Origin: a virus | Strand: one strand, 5' to 3' | Length of the DNA stretch: 64,000 bases | Virus record (IMG/VR): IMGVR_UViG_3300027973_002292 | Coordinates: 63,649 to 127,648 of that record | In this document: positions 20,392-30,229 of the stretch, in pieces | Layout of the letters: every line of letters starts with the position of its first letter | Numbering within the stretch: the stretch's first letter is position 1 | The notes under the pieces: model-generated | Told to the model about the DNA's origin: nothing | Databases searched by the model: none | Seen by the model: only the letters and a program-made list of their open reading frames with translations | Made by a program: the position numbers and the translations under genes

Positions 20392-20960
20392 AGATCTTCA
20401 TCCGACGATTCCTGCTTAGGAGCCTCCTCCTTTTTGGGGGTGGCTGCTTGAGGAATAGCGGCTGATCTATTATCTTGATCAAGCGAAGCCTTTTCAAAAC
20501 TTTTCGCAAGAGCAAAGCAGAAGAATGACTCAAGGCGAGTACCTTCTCCGAAAGTGAATCCTATCAAGAAAGAAGTCTTGTCTTGAGCGTTTTCCTTACT
20601 CTCCTTAGACACTGAGAAAGAATATCCTACTTGAGCCGTCTTACTTGGATCATCCTTAGTTGGGCGGACATAAGGTGAGAACTTGATTCTAGTTACTTGC
20701 TTAGCGGAGTCGTGAAACGCAGAGATCTCTCCATTGCGACGAACAGCAGAGATAATATCAGCAGCTTCCGTAAGGCTAAGCTTTATCGAGCACGAAGCCT
20801 TTGGGTTTTGAGAGTTGCCAGCGAAAGATCCACGCTTTGCCTGCTCGTCCCAACTAGCTTGTTTGATCATATTTACGAAAATACAGTCGTCCTTTGCAGA
20901 ATATTTGAAGGAGCAACCACAGCCGGTGTTCTTGGAATTTGGTTTGTAGAATTGAAGCAT
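20385..20960 (-). CDS. Putative ssDNA-binding protein (Whirly/PC4-like) with acidic tail
   Basis: QASWD...SIKLSLTEAADII resembles the Whirly YDW..KQVFSLSVTEIG segment. Acidic C-terminus ESSDEDLW. Directly downstream of the polymerase. Confidence 0.5.
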   Translation of the reverse strand: MLQFYKPNSKNTGCGCSFKYSAKDDCIFVNMIKQASWDEQAKRGSFAGNSQNPKASCSIKLSLTEAADIISAVRRNGEISAFHDSAKQVTRIKFSPYVRPTKDDPSKTAQVGYSFSVSKESKENAQDKTSFLIGFTFGEGTRLESFFCFALAKSFEKASLDQDNRSAAIPQAATPKKEEAPKQESSDEDLW

Positions 20961-20967
20961 ACGTTAT

Positions 20968-20996
20968 ATGATTGACTCTTTACTCTTGATTGTCAA
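20968..20996 (-). promoter_or_regulatory. Sigma70-type promoter, leaderless
   Basis: TTGACA(20996-20991)-N17-AATCAT(20973-20968)-N7-ATG(20960). The -10 element is a weak match. Confidence 0.5.
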
Positions 20997-23547
20997 GATT
21001 TTTTTCTTTTAATTCGGATAGCTTTGTGTAAATTTTTAAGGTCTGAATCCCAATGGTGTCGCCAAAAAGGCAGTCTTTCTTTTTTACACCTTTAACGATA
21101 ACGATATCGTCTTTTTCAGGTAGTCTATCGCTGTTTGATGACTTATTGAAATCAATCTTATCGTTGAAAGTCAAAACTGGAATGGTTCCAAATTCGTCAG
21201 AAACTATCATTTTAAATACTTTGGTTTTCTTCTCATTTTTAGATGTCCATTCAGAAGCATCGTCAACTTTGCCAACTATGTAAACCATCTGGTTTTCAGA
21301 AGAATCCATAGCTTGAGCAGTGGATATTAGATTTGGCATCTTTAAAGAAAAGATAGCATTCAAAGACTTGTCGTAACTATAGCCAAGTAATTTGTTTTCA
21401 TAATACCAATTAGCAAAACTTTCCGATTTATTATTTTGCTGATATATCTTTAAATAAGGATCGTATTTCTTTTTGATCGTTTCTAGACGAGTCTCTTTAA
21501 TGAGAAGCTTGCTGTTCTCGTTCTTTGTCTCTGACAGTTTTTTGATAGTCTTGAGAAGATCGTAGTCTTGGTCTGGGCCGTGCTCCATGCTTAAGACTTT
21601 CTCTTTGTCCGTAAGAAGGTTCCAAAGCTGAGCTTCAAGAACAACTCGGCTTCTGGAAGAAGAAAAGCCATCTAAAGCTCCAGCTTGAATCAAAGCAGAT
21701 AAAACGCCAATAGAAACTCCAACTTCCTTTGCTGCCTGAAACACTTCGAATTTATTAGATTGATCTGATTTGAAATTTTTCAGTTTGTGCATTGTCTTTT
21801 CAGAGATGCCTTTAATAGAAGATAATCCAAATCTAATATCATTTCCTTGAATAGAAAAATCAGTATCAGATTTTAATATATGAGGTCCAAGTAAAGTTAT
21901 TCCAAAGTGCCGAAGCTCTTTCTGGATCTTAGATATTTCTTCTAGAGGAGCCGGTTCATGCTTTGTCATCTCTAACAAAGCTAAGAAAAAATGCTGAGGA
22001 TACTTAAATTTAAGATAAACAGTACAAGCCGCCAGAGCTGCATAGCTCATGGAGTGCGATTTATTAAACGAATAATTGGCTGAATTTTCAAGAATGCGCC
22101 AAAGGATATCTCCGATTTCTGGGGCTAGATTGTTTTCTTTAATTTTTTCAGAGATCTTTTCTTGCCATTTTTTGACTTCTTCCACCTTCTTTTTGCCAAC
22201 GATTCGGCGTAACACTTCTGCTTCATCAAGAGTAAATCCAATCTTATTGGACATTTTCATCAACTGCTCCTGATACAATGCTACGCCGCCACTACCGCTT
22301 AGTACGGAATCAAAGAACTCATGGATACCTTCGTATTGATTGTTAGTTGTGAAATTAGCGTATTGATCTACGAACTCCAAAGCTCCGGGCCGAGCAAGAG
22401 CTAGAACGCCGCTTAGTTCTTCAAGGTTCCTTGGCTTTACTTTTTTGCAAACTTTGAAGTTGGTCTCTGCTTCAATTTGAAAACATCCATGAGGAGTTTT
22501 AAAGTCTTGAAGCTGTTGATAAATAAATGGATCGTTAAAATTAAGGTCATCGACTTTAATCCCAACTAGATTGCAAACGCGATCAACAATAGACACGCTT
22601 CTCAATCCAAGAAGATCTAATTTGACATTAGATATAGAAGCCCAATTCATGTCGTAGCTAGAGACCTGTTCTTTGTCTGAGGTAAGTTCAGTAGGGCAGC
22701 TTTGTTCTATCGGATAGTATGAAAGCATCATTCCAGAGGCATGAACGCTCTTATTCTTGATTAGGCTTCTAAGTTTTAAAGCAGTTTTGTAAGATCTTGG
22801 ATTATCGTCGCACCATTTCTTGAGTTGCTCAACCTCGCTATAAGCCTGTTTAAGATCCATAACTTGACCGAAAGTCTTTGGAATCAAAGAGCTAACTTCA
22901 TTCATTTCGGTCTCTGGCTTCTCGTCAATGATCTTTCCGCACTCTTTAATAAGCAATTTACCGCTTAGAGTTGTTAGGGTTAAAATCTTAGAGGTTCTGC
23001 CAGCAAATAACTGCTCCAAGAATTTAATCACCTTTGGGCGATTATAATAGCATATATCTATATCCACGTCGCACATCAGGGATCCATCAAGATATGTAAT
23101 GCCATCTACTACTTGCTTCTTGGCTCGGATCTTAGAAATGAAACGCTCAAAGAATAGTTCATATTTAATCGGATCTACCTTGGTGACCCCCAACAAATAA
23201 AGAATAAGACTACCAGCAGCAGAACCGCGCCCAAGGCCGAGAGGTATGGAATTTTCGTTACAGTAGTTAATAACAGTCCAAACCAGAAGAATATAGTCAA
23301 GAAATCCAAGTTCTTTAATGGTCTCAAGTTCATATTTTACTCTCTCTGAATATTTAGGAAAATCTTCTTTGGCTATATTTAGCTTTTTAAAATTAGACCT
23401 ACATACTTGCATCAAGAAATCATAATTGGAAGATTCCTCTTTAAGGCCATACTGCTTCTTAAGGCGGCTCTCAATATTGAATTCGGGAAGCCTTACGCCA
23501 TACAATGGCAGCTTCATATTTGAAAATTGCGAATCGAAGTCTTTCAT
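20980..23547 (-). CDS. dnaE: DNA polymerase III alpha subunit, catalytic core lacking the PHP domain
   Basis: GRGSAAGSL, FERF, DVDID, HASG, KLDLLGL, YQEQ, YSFNKSH and IRFGLSSIKG motifs plus a C-terminal OB fold. Confidence 0.95.
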   Translation of the reverse strand: MKDFDSQFSNMKLPLYGVRLPEFNIESRLKKQYGLKEESSNYDFLMQVCRSNFKKLNIAKEDFPKYSERVKYELETIKELGFLDYILLVWTVINYCNENSIPLGLGRGSAAGSLILYLLGVTKVDPIKYELFFERFISKIRAKKQVVDGITYLDGSLMCDVDIDICYYNRPKVIKFLEQLFAGRTSKILTLTTLSGKLLIKECGKIIDEKPETEMNEVSSLIPKTFGQVMDLKQAYSEVEQLKKWCDDNPRSYKTALKLRSLIKNKSVHASGMMLSYYPIEQSCPTELTSDKEQVSSYDMNWASISNVKLDLLGLRSVSIVDRVCNLVGIKVDDLNFNDPFIYQQLQDFKTPHGCFQIEAETNFKVCKKVKPRNLEELSGVLALARPGALEFVDQYANFTTNNQYEGIHEFFDSVLSGSGGVALYQEQLMKMSNKIGFTLDEAEVLRRIVGKKKVEEVKKWQEKISEKIKENNLAPEIGDILWRILENSANYSFNKSHSMSYAALAACTVYLKFKYPQHFFLALLEMTKHEPAPLEEISKIQKELRHFGITLLGPHILKSDTDFSIQGNDIRFGLSSIKGISEKTMHKLKNFKSDQSNKFEVFQAAKEVGVSIGVLSALIQAGALDGFSSSRSRVVLEAQLWNLLTDKEKVLSMEHGPDQDYDLLKTIKKLSETKNENSKLLIKETRLETIKKKYDPYLKIYQQNNKSESFANWYYENKLLGYSYDKSLNAIFSLKMPNLISTAQAMDSSENQMVYIVGKVDDASEWTSKNEKKTKVFKMIVSDEFGTIPVLTFNDKIDFNKSSNSDRLPEKDDIVIVKGVKKKDCLFGDTIGIQTLKIYTKLSELKEKNLDNQE

Positions 23548-24182
23548 ATTTCTGCTTGAAATTTAATTTTGTTCCAAACCTTGAGGTTAAGATCCAAATC
23601 TACGATAGCATTATGCAGATTTTCGTAATCGTGATCTATAGTGTAGTCTTTACCAAGAGCAGTGAGGTTGGTTTTAATTCCTTTTCGGTAAGTGTGCAAA
23701 AGCTTATATTGATATTCAATCAAAGATTCTTTTGGCATTTTTGGAATTCCATACTTGATTCCTTTAGCCAAGCAGTTGGTGTCTATAAATTTATTTACTA
23801 GATGTTTAATGTTTCTATTTTTAAGAAGATACATTTCCTTGATCAGATAAACGTCGAATCCAAGAATATTATGACCAACAATATAGTCGCTACGATCAAG
23901 CCAATCACTAATAGTACCAAAAACATCATCAAATTTCTTGCCAGTTGTTCTAATGAGTTCTTCTGGGTATCTTGTGATTCGTCTTGCATCTTCAGATATT
24001 TTAAGATTAGTATCCCATTTAATCAATAAATCTCGCTCATCTATTTTCTTGCCACCGATAGTATACAACATAGCTACCTGCCAAGGAAGATTTTGACAAA
24101 AATTTAAGCAAAGATTTAAAGTCTCGCAGTCTATAAAGACTATTTTTTTAGTCTTATCAAACCTCAATAGTTCATTTTCCAT
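23544..24182 (-). CDS. DEDDh 3'-5' exonuclease (DnaQ/epsilon-like proofreader)
   Basis: FIDCET (ExoI), VGHNILGFD (ExoII), LHNAIVD (ExoIII). Confidence 0.9.
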   Translation of the reverse strand: MENELLRFDKTKKIVFIDCETLNLCLNFCQNLPWQVAMLYTIGGKKIDERDLLIKWDTNLKISEDARRITRYPEELIRTTGKKFDDVFGTISDWLDRSDYIVGHNILGFDVYLIKEMYLLKNRNIKHLVNKFIDTNCLAKGIKYGIPKMPKESLIEYQYKLLHTYRKGIKTNLTALGKDYTIDHDYENLHNAIVDLDLNLKVWNKIKFQAEI

Positions 24183-24939
24183 ATTTTTCCTTGAATGATT
24201 CGGCGCTGAATTCGTTTGAAGAGCAGTGATCTAAATTAGGTTTATTTAAAGTTGTTCTTTCCGAGATGCATCGGAAGGTAAGGTAAGCCAAGAAATCTTC
24301 TTTGTTCTCATAATAGATAGACTGCGATCTGACCGCCGGAAGTCCATTCGAGGTGATTTCTTTAACTTTAGATTTAAGAATTTCATCAAATGGTAAATTG
24401 TTATCCTCTACAAAATAAGTAGGAGTGCAAAAACTAAAATCAGGAACGCATATGCTATAAGTTAAATTATTCTTAAAAACATAAGAATCGTAGAATGGGA
24501 CACAAAGCGATAAATTGCTCTTTTTCCATAGCCTACTTAAGTTCTTGCAATCTATTCTTGGGTAGTAATAAAAACCATTAATGCTTGCAAAAGTGGATAT
24601 TTTAATTAGATCGTAATATCCGTCATTGTTAGTTATAAAAATTATAACCTTATGCTCTTTATCTCTTGACTCGGCTGTCTTGTTATCTATATCATCGCAT
24701 ACAGTTAAACGAAGACCGAATCTTAAATTCAATTTAGCATCTTCGCAAGATTTGTAAGCTTCTAGAAAGCCAGAAATAGAATCGTCTACTAGGTATAAGT
24801 TTTCTAGATTTAACTTTTTTGCTATATCTATTATCGAACTCGGCTCGTCAAGCTCGCTTGAGCCAGCCTTGGCAAGCGTTAGGATAGACTTGCCAAGACT
24901 ATAATGGGATTTGAAAAGCGGCACAGCCGAATACTCCAT
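24172..24939 (-). CDS. Stand-alone PHP domain of DNA polymerase III alpha (metal ligands degenerate)
   Basis: SHYSLGKS, IIDIAKKLNL..LYLVDD, NNDGYYDLIKISTFA..GFYYYPRID match the DnaE N-terminus. Confidence 0.85.
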   Translation of the reverse strand: MEYSAVPLFKSHYSLGKSILTLAKAGSSELDEPSSIIDIAKKLNLENLYLVDDSISGFLEAYKSCEDAKLNLRFGLRLTVCDDIDNKTAESRDKEHKVIIFITNNDGYYDLIKISTFASINGFYYYPRIDCKNLSRLWKKSNLSLCVPFYDSYVFKNNLTYSICVPDFSFCTPTYFVEDNNLPFDEILKSKVKEITSNGLPAVRSQSIYYENKEDFLAYLTFRCISERTTLNKPNLDHCSSNEFSAESFKEKYGK

Positions 24940-24944
24940 GCGTC

Positions 24945-24972
24945 AGCATGGTCGCTCCGAACAGGAAGTCAA
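24945..24972 (-). promoter_or_regulatory. Sigma70-type promoter, leaderless
   Basis: TTGACT(24972-24967)-N16-CATGCT(24950-24945)-N5-ATG(24939). Confidence 0.65.
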
Positions 24973-25923
24973 TCAAAAAGTTGGGTCGACTTTTCTCCAG
25001 TAAGGGCAGCCTTTATATTCTGTTTTATTAATGAGAGATACCTTTGGGTCATTTAAAAGGTCTTCTCTTTTAAGCGAAGAACGAATAAATTTATCATTAA
25101 CATCTGTTCCTACGTAATAGGAAGCAGCAAGTCTGGATGGGCAAATCCATTTGCCTTGGACATCGCTTCCGCACATCCATTTTTTACTTGGAGAATTAGC
25201 GGCTAGATTTCCAACAGATTTCTTTTCGTCAAATTCAGTAATATATCCAGCAACATAAGATAAATACTCTTTAAATCCATTCAATTGCTCTTCAGTGGGC
25301 TTGGGGGCCTCTTGAATAGGTTGCTTTTTAAACTTTAAAAATATAAAGATAACATCAGGAATGTGTCCTTTAGTCTTAAAGACAGCCAAAGAATACATTA
25401 AATTTTGAAGATTAAAATCAATCTCTTGTTTAGAGAATTTTCCCTTGCTGGATTTGTAGTCGTAAATCTTATAATTATCGCCATCAAATTTGGCAAGCTT
25501 ATCTATAAAGCCATTGATGATGTAATTATCTTCCTCTAGTTTAAACTCAGACTCAGCTTCGACTAGAAGCGCTCCTTGGCAAAAGAAATCGCTTTGCAAG
25601 CCGGTCTGAATCATGTTGTAAATTAAATCTAGATTTTCTTCATCATTGACTTTTAGTTTTTTAGCGTTCTTTAAGATGAGTTTGTGGATTGCTGGGTTTT
25701 TTATTACTCCAGCTTTTCCTGAGCATAGGTCTTCAAAATACTTTTTATGCCTATCGGTAAGAAGAAGCTCAAAAATTAAATGACAGATAGTACCTCTAGA
25801 GGCTCCAGAATTAGAAATATCAGGATACTTAAGTATGTATTTAGAGTAGTATAGCCAACTGCAGCTTTCAATAGTCTTAATTTTGCTTGCGCTAAGCTTT
25901 ACTTTTTCTTTTATGGTGCTCAT
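24973..25923 (-). CDS. PD-(D/E)XK nuclease, Cas4/RecB-like
   Basis: LSASKI..C, RGTICH, GFIDKL, IYDYKSS, QNLMY and three C-terminal Cys. Start placed at ATG 25923 (ATGA overlap with primase). Confidence 0.85.
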   Translation of the reverse strand: MSTIKEKVKLSASKIKTIESCSWLYYSKYILKYPDISNSGASRGTICHLIFELLLTDRHKKYFEDLCSGKAGVIKNPAIHKLILKNAKKLKVNDEENLDLIYNMIQTGLQSDFFCQGALLVEAESEFKLEEDNYIINGFIDKLAKFDGDNYKIYDYKSSKGKFSKQEIDFNLQNLMYSLAVFKTKGHIPDVIFIFLKFKKQPIQEAPKPTEEQLNGFKEYLSYVAGYITEFDEKKSVGNLAANSPSKKWMCGSDVQGKWICPSRLAASYYVGTDVNDKFIRSSLKREDLLNDPKVSLINKTEYKGCPYWRKVDPTF

Positions 25924-26852
25924 ATTGTTTTGTGCCACTCCTGAATCTTACTCTTATCAAATAAATTTAAATCTCCAAAGTCTTTAGCTTCGGTTGGGAG
26001 GTTAATGGAGATTTGATTACGATCAAAGTAATTGAGGAGTTTGTTTTTTACCGATACTGCTGCTTCGTTGCCTGCCCCATTATTGTCAGAATCGTTGTTG
26101 AAAGCAATAATTATTTTGTCAGGATTTAGGGCTATTAAACTATAGATTATCTTAGGAGATATATTGAGGCCAAATGTAACGATGGAATTATTTATGCCAT
26201 TCTCTCTAAGAGCCAGCATGTCGCCAATGCTTTCTAATAGAATAACTTTTTTGCATTTTTTGATATCTTCGAGATTAACTTTGAGAGGGTAAACCCATTC
26301 TTTCTTATCTCCAATATGTTTCCATTTTGGGCGACCTTCTAAAGAAAATGGAGCGATATCTCTTCCGGAAAACCCTATGATATTATCTTTATTGTCAAAA
26401 ACTGGAAAGGTATATCTATTATACATCTTGCCGGTAGAAGCAACTCCACCATTAAATTGAGATAAAGTAGAAGAAGAGATCCCTCTGTTATTCCAATACT
26501 CATCGTTCTTGCTGAGTTTAAGAAGCAAAGACTTTTCAAAATATTGAATTTGCTTTGTTATAGCTCTAGGCTTTTCAATTTCTTCATTATTTATTGAAAT
26601 CCCTTTAGAGTCTATCCATTGCTTAGCTTCTTCTATAGACTTTAACTTTAAAGTAAGTCGAATCAGCTCTTCTAAAGAGCCGCTTTTGTTCTCTTTAAAG
26701 TCTACCCATTGTCCGGAGTTCTTCCATATTCTTAGTACGCTATCGTTATCGGAATCTCTATAGAGAGGTTTAGTTCTAAATTCTCTACCATTGTCCGTTA
26801 ATACGTATCCTATGTCTTGAAGAATCCTTCTAACAGATTCGCAGTCGTTCAT
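25920..26852 (-). CDS. DNA primase (DnaG-type TOPRIM)
   Basis: FPVFD...IIGFSGR, PKW, LLESIGDML, AFNND and KDFGD motifs. Adjacent to DnaB. Confidence 0.85.
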   Translation of the reverse strand: MNDCESVRRILQDIGYVLTDNGREFRTKPLYRDSDNDSVLRIWKNSGQWVDFKENKSGSLEELIRLTLKLKSIEEAKQWIDSKGISINNEEIEKPRAITKQIQYFEKSLLLKLSKNDEYWNNRGISSSTLSQFNGGVASTGKMYNRYTFPVFDNKDNIIGFSGRDIAPFSLEGRPKWKHIGDKKEWVYPLKVNLEDIKKCKKVILLESIGDMLALRENGINNSIVTFGLNISPKIIYSLIALNPDKIIIAFNNDSDNNGAGNEAAVSVKNKLLNYFDRNQISINLPTEAKDFGDLNLFDKSKIQEWHKTI

Positions 26853-28312
26853 AAAATTTCACCATCTCCTGAATCGTCTAACTCGGGCCTCAAAGCTCTA
26901 GCCGAAACAATGTCTTCTAGAGTTCCCTTCTCTTGCACATTGAAGTTTTGAATGTCAAAGCTTACATAATTTGCGGCGTATTTTATTTTCTTACCTTCTT
27001 TAATTCTTACCAAGTCGTGATGACCAGCAGAGTCTTTTCCTTGAAATCTTGTTGCGAGAGGAATAAGTTTATGAGAACCGAATTCTTCACCGTCACTAGC
27101 TATCTCTTCAACAGTTTTCCGGCGAAAGATGCCAACGAACGAAGCGAACCATTGCAAGCGATCAGATTGAGAAATCGCACTGCTATCATCGACTCCATTT
27201 TCTGCGCTACGATTTAACTGACAAGCTGTTAGAATGGGAATATTAAGCTCAGAGCAAAGCTCCTTCAAAGAATTGACCTTGTCTCCAATTAGTTGGTACT
27301 CTTGTTTGTTTTTGTCTGATTCTCCAGTTAACTTAATGTAATCGTAAATAACAACACACGGATTGCCTCGACCTACTTTTGAAAAGTACCATCTTTTAAT
27401 AATAGAAACAACTTCATGAATTGGTTTTCCAGAGACTTGAATATGATCTACTTGATTTTGAATCTTTAAGATTTCGCTCTTGTTTTCTTGGAAGAGTTTA
27501 TATAAGTTTGGGCTCTTTTTCCAATTGCCAGTTTCTAGATACCAGACTGGAATTTGAGTTATAGAAGAAGCTATTCGGAACTTCATGTCTAAAGTAGACA
27601 TTTCCGTATCTAAAACAAGAGCTTTGCAACCAGGATTAATTGAGGTTGTCTTGATTGCCAAATCGTTTAAGATTGTAGACTTACCGTGCTTGGGGCGACT
27701 AACCCAAGCATATAGATTTCCGGGTCTTATGCCGCCGTACAATCTATTAAAATTGGGATACGGGGTTTCTAATCCGGTTTCCTTAATTGGGTTATTGCCT
27801 CGCTCTTCAATTATTTCAATTGTATTTGAGGTGATGTCTTCGGGCTTGTTGCTATTGTGAGTGTATGGCGATATGTTTTTATTATAAATCTGATCGCTTT
27901 CACTAATGATCTCTTCAAGATCTTTGTCTGCGCAAGAGTGGGCGAATTTTTTTATTTCTTCCCCAGTCTCTTCGATTTCTCTTCTTACTCTAAACTTAAG
28001 AAGTTCTTTAGCAGAATCTATTAAGCCGCTTTTAGTAGTTGGTATAAGACAAATACTATTAACATAATTAAATATATCAACAGATTGATCTTTAAATGTG
28101 ATGCCTAGATTTTTGGCTTTTTGAGCTATTAGAACTTTATCAATAGTTTCGCCCTTGTTGTAGGTATCCTTATATACGCAAAAAATAGTATAATGAACAT
28201 CATTGACGAAATCGTTTTCGGTAATGAAACTTTCTATATCTGCGAAAGCGTCTTGGTGCTTTATTAACGCAGACAGTAGATACTTTTCTAGTTGTAAAGA
28301 GTAAATTGACAT
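26849..28312 (-). CDS. dnaB: Replicative DNA helicase, DnaB family
   Basis: RPKHGKST Walker A, DTEMS, IYDYIKL, CQLNR and an N-terminal DnaB domain. Confidence 0.93.
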   Translation of the reverse strand: MSIYSLQLEKYLLSALIKHQDAFADIESFITENDFVNDVHYTIFCVYKDTYNKGETIDKVLIAQKAKNLGITFKDQSVDIFNYVNSICLIPTTKSGLIDSAKELLKFRVRREIEETGEEIKKFAHSCADKDLEEIISESDQIYNKNISPYTHNSNKPEDITSNTIEIIEERGNNPIKETGLETPYPNFNRLYGGIRPGNLYAWVSRPKHGKSTILNDLAIKTTSINPGCKALVLDTEMSTLDMKFRIASSITQIPVWYLETGNWKKSPNLYKLFQENKSEILKIQNQVDHIQVSGKPIHEVVSIIKRWYFSKVGRGNPCVVIYDYIKLTGESDKNKQEYQLIGDKVNSLKELCSELNIPILTACQLNRSAENGVDDSSAISQSDRLQWFASFVGIFRRKTVEEIASDGEEFGSHKLIPLATRFQGKDSAGHHDLVRIKEGKKIKYAANYVSFDIQNFNVQEKGTLEDIVSARALRPELDDSGDGEIL

Positions 28313-28728
28313 TAGAGGCTTATGTTATGCTTTTCTTTAAAGAAGTTTTCGGTTAGAGAGTCTACTTCGTCGTGATATACTTCAATCAAAATAAATTTAT
28401 TTAAAACCAACCAATTTTCTTTTGCGACATCTCTTTTGATAGATTTTAAATAATTCAATCTTGAATCATTATGAAAAAATTTATTGTAAGAGGAATGCTG
28501 TGGACCGTGAACTTCCACAGCTATCTTGCGCGTTGCGTTGATTATGTCAACTTTTAATCGAGAGCCGAAGACGGGAAACTCTTCGTAGACTATATGGTTT
28601 TTCCAATAATCCTTTAGGAATTGCTTGGTTTTAAATTGTATTTTAGAGCGAGAATTAGCTTCCCAATCAATTAAGTATTCGGAAACATTCTTGCTTACAA
28701 CTTTACCATATACATTAAAAAGCTTCAT
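28312..28728 (-). CDS. DUF559/Vsr-like PD-(D/E)XK endonuclease
   Basis: EEFPV...LKVDI....IAVEVHGPQH...RDVAKENW...LIEV pattern. Confidence 0.7.
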   Translation of the reverse strand: MKLFNVYGKVVSKNVSEYLIDWEANSRSKIQFKTKQFLKDYWKNHIVYEEFPVFGSRLKVDIINATRKIAVEVHGPQHSSYNKFFHNDSRLNYLKSIKRDVAKENWLVLNKFILIEVYHDEVDSLTENFFKEKHNISL

Positions 28729-29837
28729 CTCTTCAAAACGCTAATGAACTTATCAAACAAATACTTAGTAATATCGGGATGTTCTTCTAAGAAGTTCTTT
28801 AGATTTGCCTCTCCTTGGTGCTGCTTGGGAAGATCAAGATTATTATCAGCAAGCTCCTTAACTAGATCGTCGGTTATGGTTATCCAAGCTCCTTTAGCGT
28901 GAGCAAATTCCCAAGCTAGAAGCTGGTCAACAATTTCATACTCAATCCAAACGCTTGAGCCATTTGTTCTGCCGTATTTAATTGGGTATCGGACTTCTCT
29001 TCCGGACTTCTCGTTTGGAGTCTTTTTAAATATAATCTTGCACCAATGGCCTACTGGATTGCCCTCGCCCTTAGTTCCAGCATAAATAGAATCTTTATTC
29101 CATCGCTGTTGGAACTCTAAAATCCAATCTGAGTAATGCAAAGCAGCGTTTCCGCCGCTGGCGTTAGTAACCTTTGGGTCGCCCTTTTCGTAAGGATTGA
29201 TCTTGATGGAAGATCTTACTTGAGAAATAAGGAAGCAGATGTGACCTCTTGAAGAAAAAGCCGCTGCCATCTTTCTGAGTAGATCAGAAGTAAGCAAAGC
29301 TGCTCCAGCAGTTTTATTAGCTTCAGTGGCTGATTTGGCCAAATCATTTCTTGGAACCAGAGCGTCTAAGCTATCAATCATGAAGAAATAAATATTTCCA
29401 TCATCATTGTTTTTAATAAGCTCTCGCATTGTATCAGTAACGAACTCGTAATCATTAGTGGGAATTACTCGCCACTTGTTGGGATCTGTGTTCACCCCAG
29501 ATCGATTAATCATGCTTTCGCTAAGTCGCCCTTCTGATTTAATGTAAATAATACAGCCTTTTTCAGGGTGTAGAATCTGGAAGTTACGAGCAAAACACAA
29601 AGCGTTGCTTGTTTTTCCTCCTTCCGTAATGCCTGATGATCGAATTATTCCAGGATGAATTCCTCCTCCCATTTCGATATCTAGAGTTAAACTTCCGCTG
29701 CTTACAACATAATCAATATTGTTATCATAAGCATAATGGTGATCTTTATTAGATTTTAATATGTTATCCAGAACCCTGAGTTTGTCGTTTGACTGTGGCT
29801 CTTCTGATTCTACGATTTCTTTCTTTTGTCTTGCCAT
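28725..29837 (-). CDS. recA: RecA/UvsX-family recombinase
   Basis: SSGSLTLD, GITEGGKTS (Walker A), IDSLDAL (Walker B), ISQVR and SGGNAALHY motifs. Confidence 0.9.
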   Translation of the reverse strand: MARQKKEIVESEEPQSNDKLRVLDNILKSNKDHHYAYDNNIDYVVSSGSLTLDIEMGGGIHPGIIRSSGITEGGKTSNALCFARNFQILHPEKGCIIYIKSEGRLSESMINRSGVNTDPNKWRVIPTNDYEFVTDTMRELIKNNDDGNIYFFMIDSLDALVPRNDLAKSATEANKTAGAALLTSDLLRKMAAAFSSRGHICFLISQVRSSIKINPYEKGDPKVTNASGGNAALHYSDWILEFQQRWNKDSIYAGTKGEGNPVGHWCKIIFKKTPNEKSGREVRYPIKYGRTNGSSVWIEYEIVDQLLAWEFAHAKGAWITITDDLVKELADNNLDLPKQHQGEANLKNFLEEHPDITKYLFDKFISVLKR

Positions 29838-29838
29838 A

Positions 29839-30195
29839 TTATTTATTGAATAAATTTAAAAACTCTTTGAGAGATTTTGGTTTTTTTACAACTTTCGTGG
29901 GAGGGGCTACTGGTTTATCTTCTAGTTCAATCTTCTGTTTTTCAAAAGAAAGAGACTGATATTTCCTGATATTATTAAGAAACTCTTTTCCATTGTCTCC
30001 AAGAAACCAAGTAAGAGAGATAAGCTTAGTTCTGCCTTTGAGGCTCATCAAGAAATCAAAATCATATTGTTTAATTAATTTGCTAGCAACGCGCATTTCA
30101 TTTGGCCAATTGCATTTACTTGGCTCGTTTAAAAAAGCCATAATTAATAATTGGTGATTACTTAATTTTCTAGGTTTTCTTAGACCTGGAGGCAC
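29839..30195 (-). CDS. Hypothetical basic protein
   Basis: 118-aa ORF with GTG start 5 nt after a promoter -10 element. First gene of the recA-dnaB operon. Confidence 0.7.
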   Translation of the reverse strand: MPPGLRKPRKLSNHQLLIMAFLNEPSKCNWPNEMRVASKLIKQYDFDFLMSLKGRTKLISLTWFLGDNGKEFLNNIRKYQSLSFEKQKIELEDKPVAPPTKVVKKPKSLKEFLNLFNK

Positions 30196-30200
30196 CTCCC

Positions 30201-30229
30201 AGTATGGACGGGCTTCAGGCTCCAGTCAA
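30201..30229 (-). promoter_or_regulatory. Sigma70-type promoter, leaderless
   Basis: TTGACT(30229-30224)-N17-CATACT(30206-30201)-N5-GTG(30195). Confidence 0.7.
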
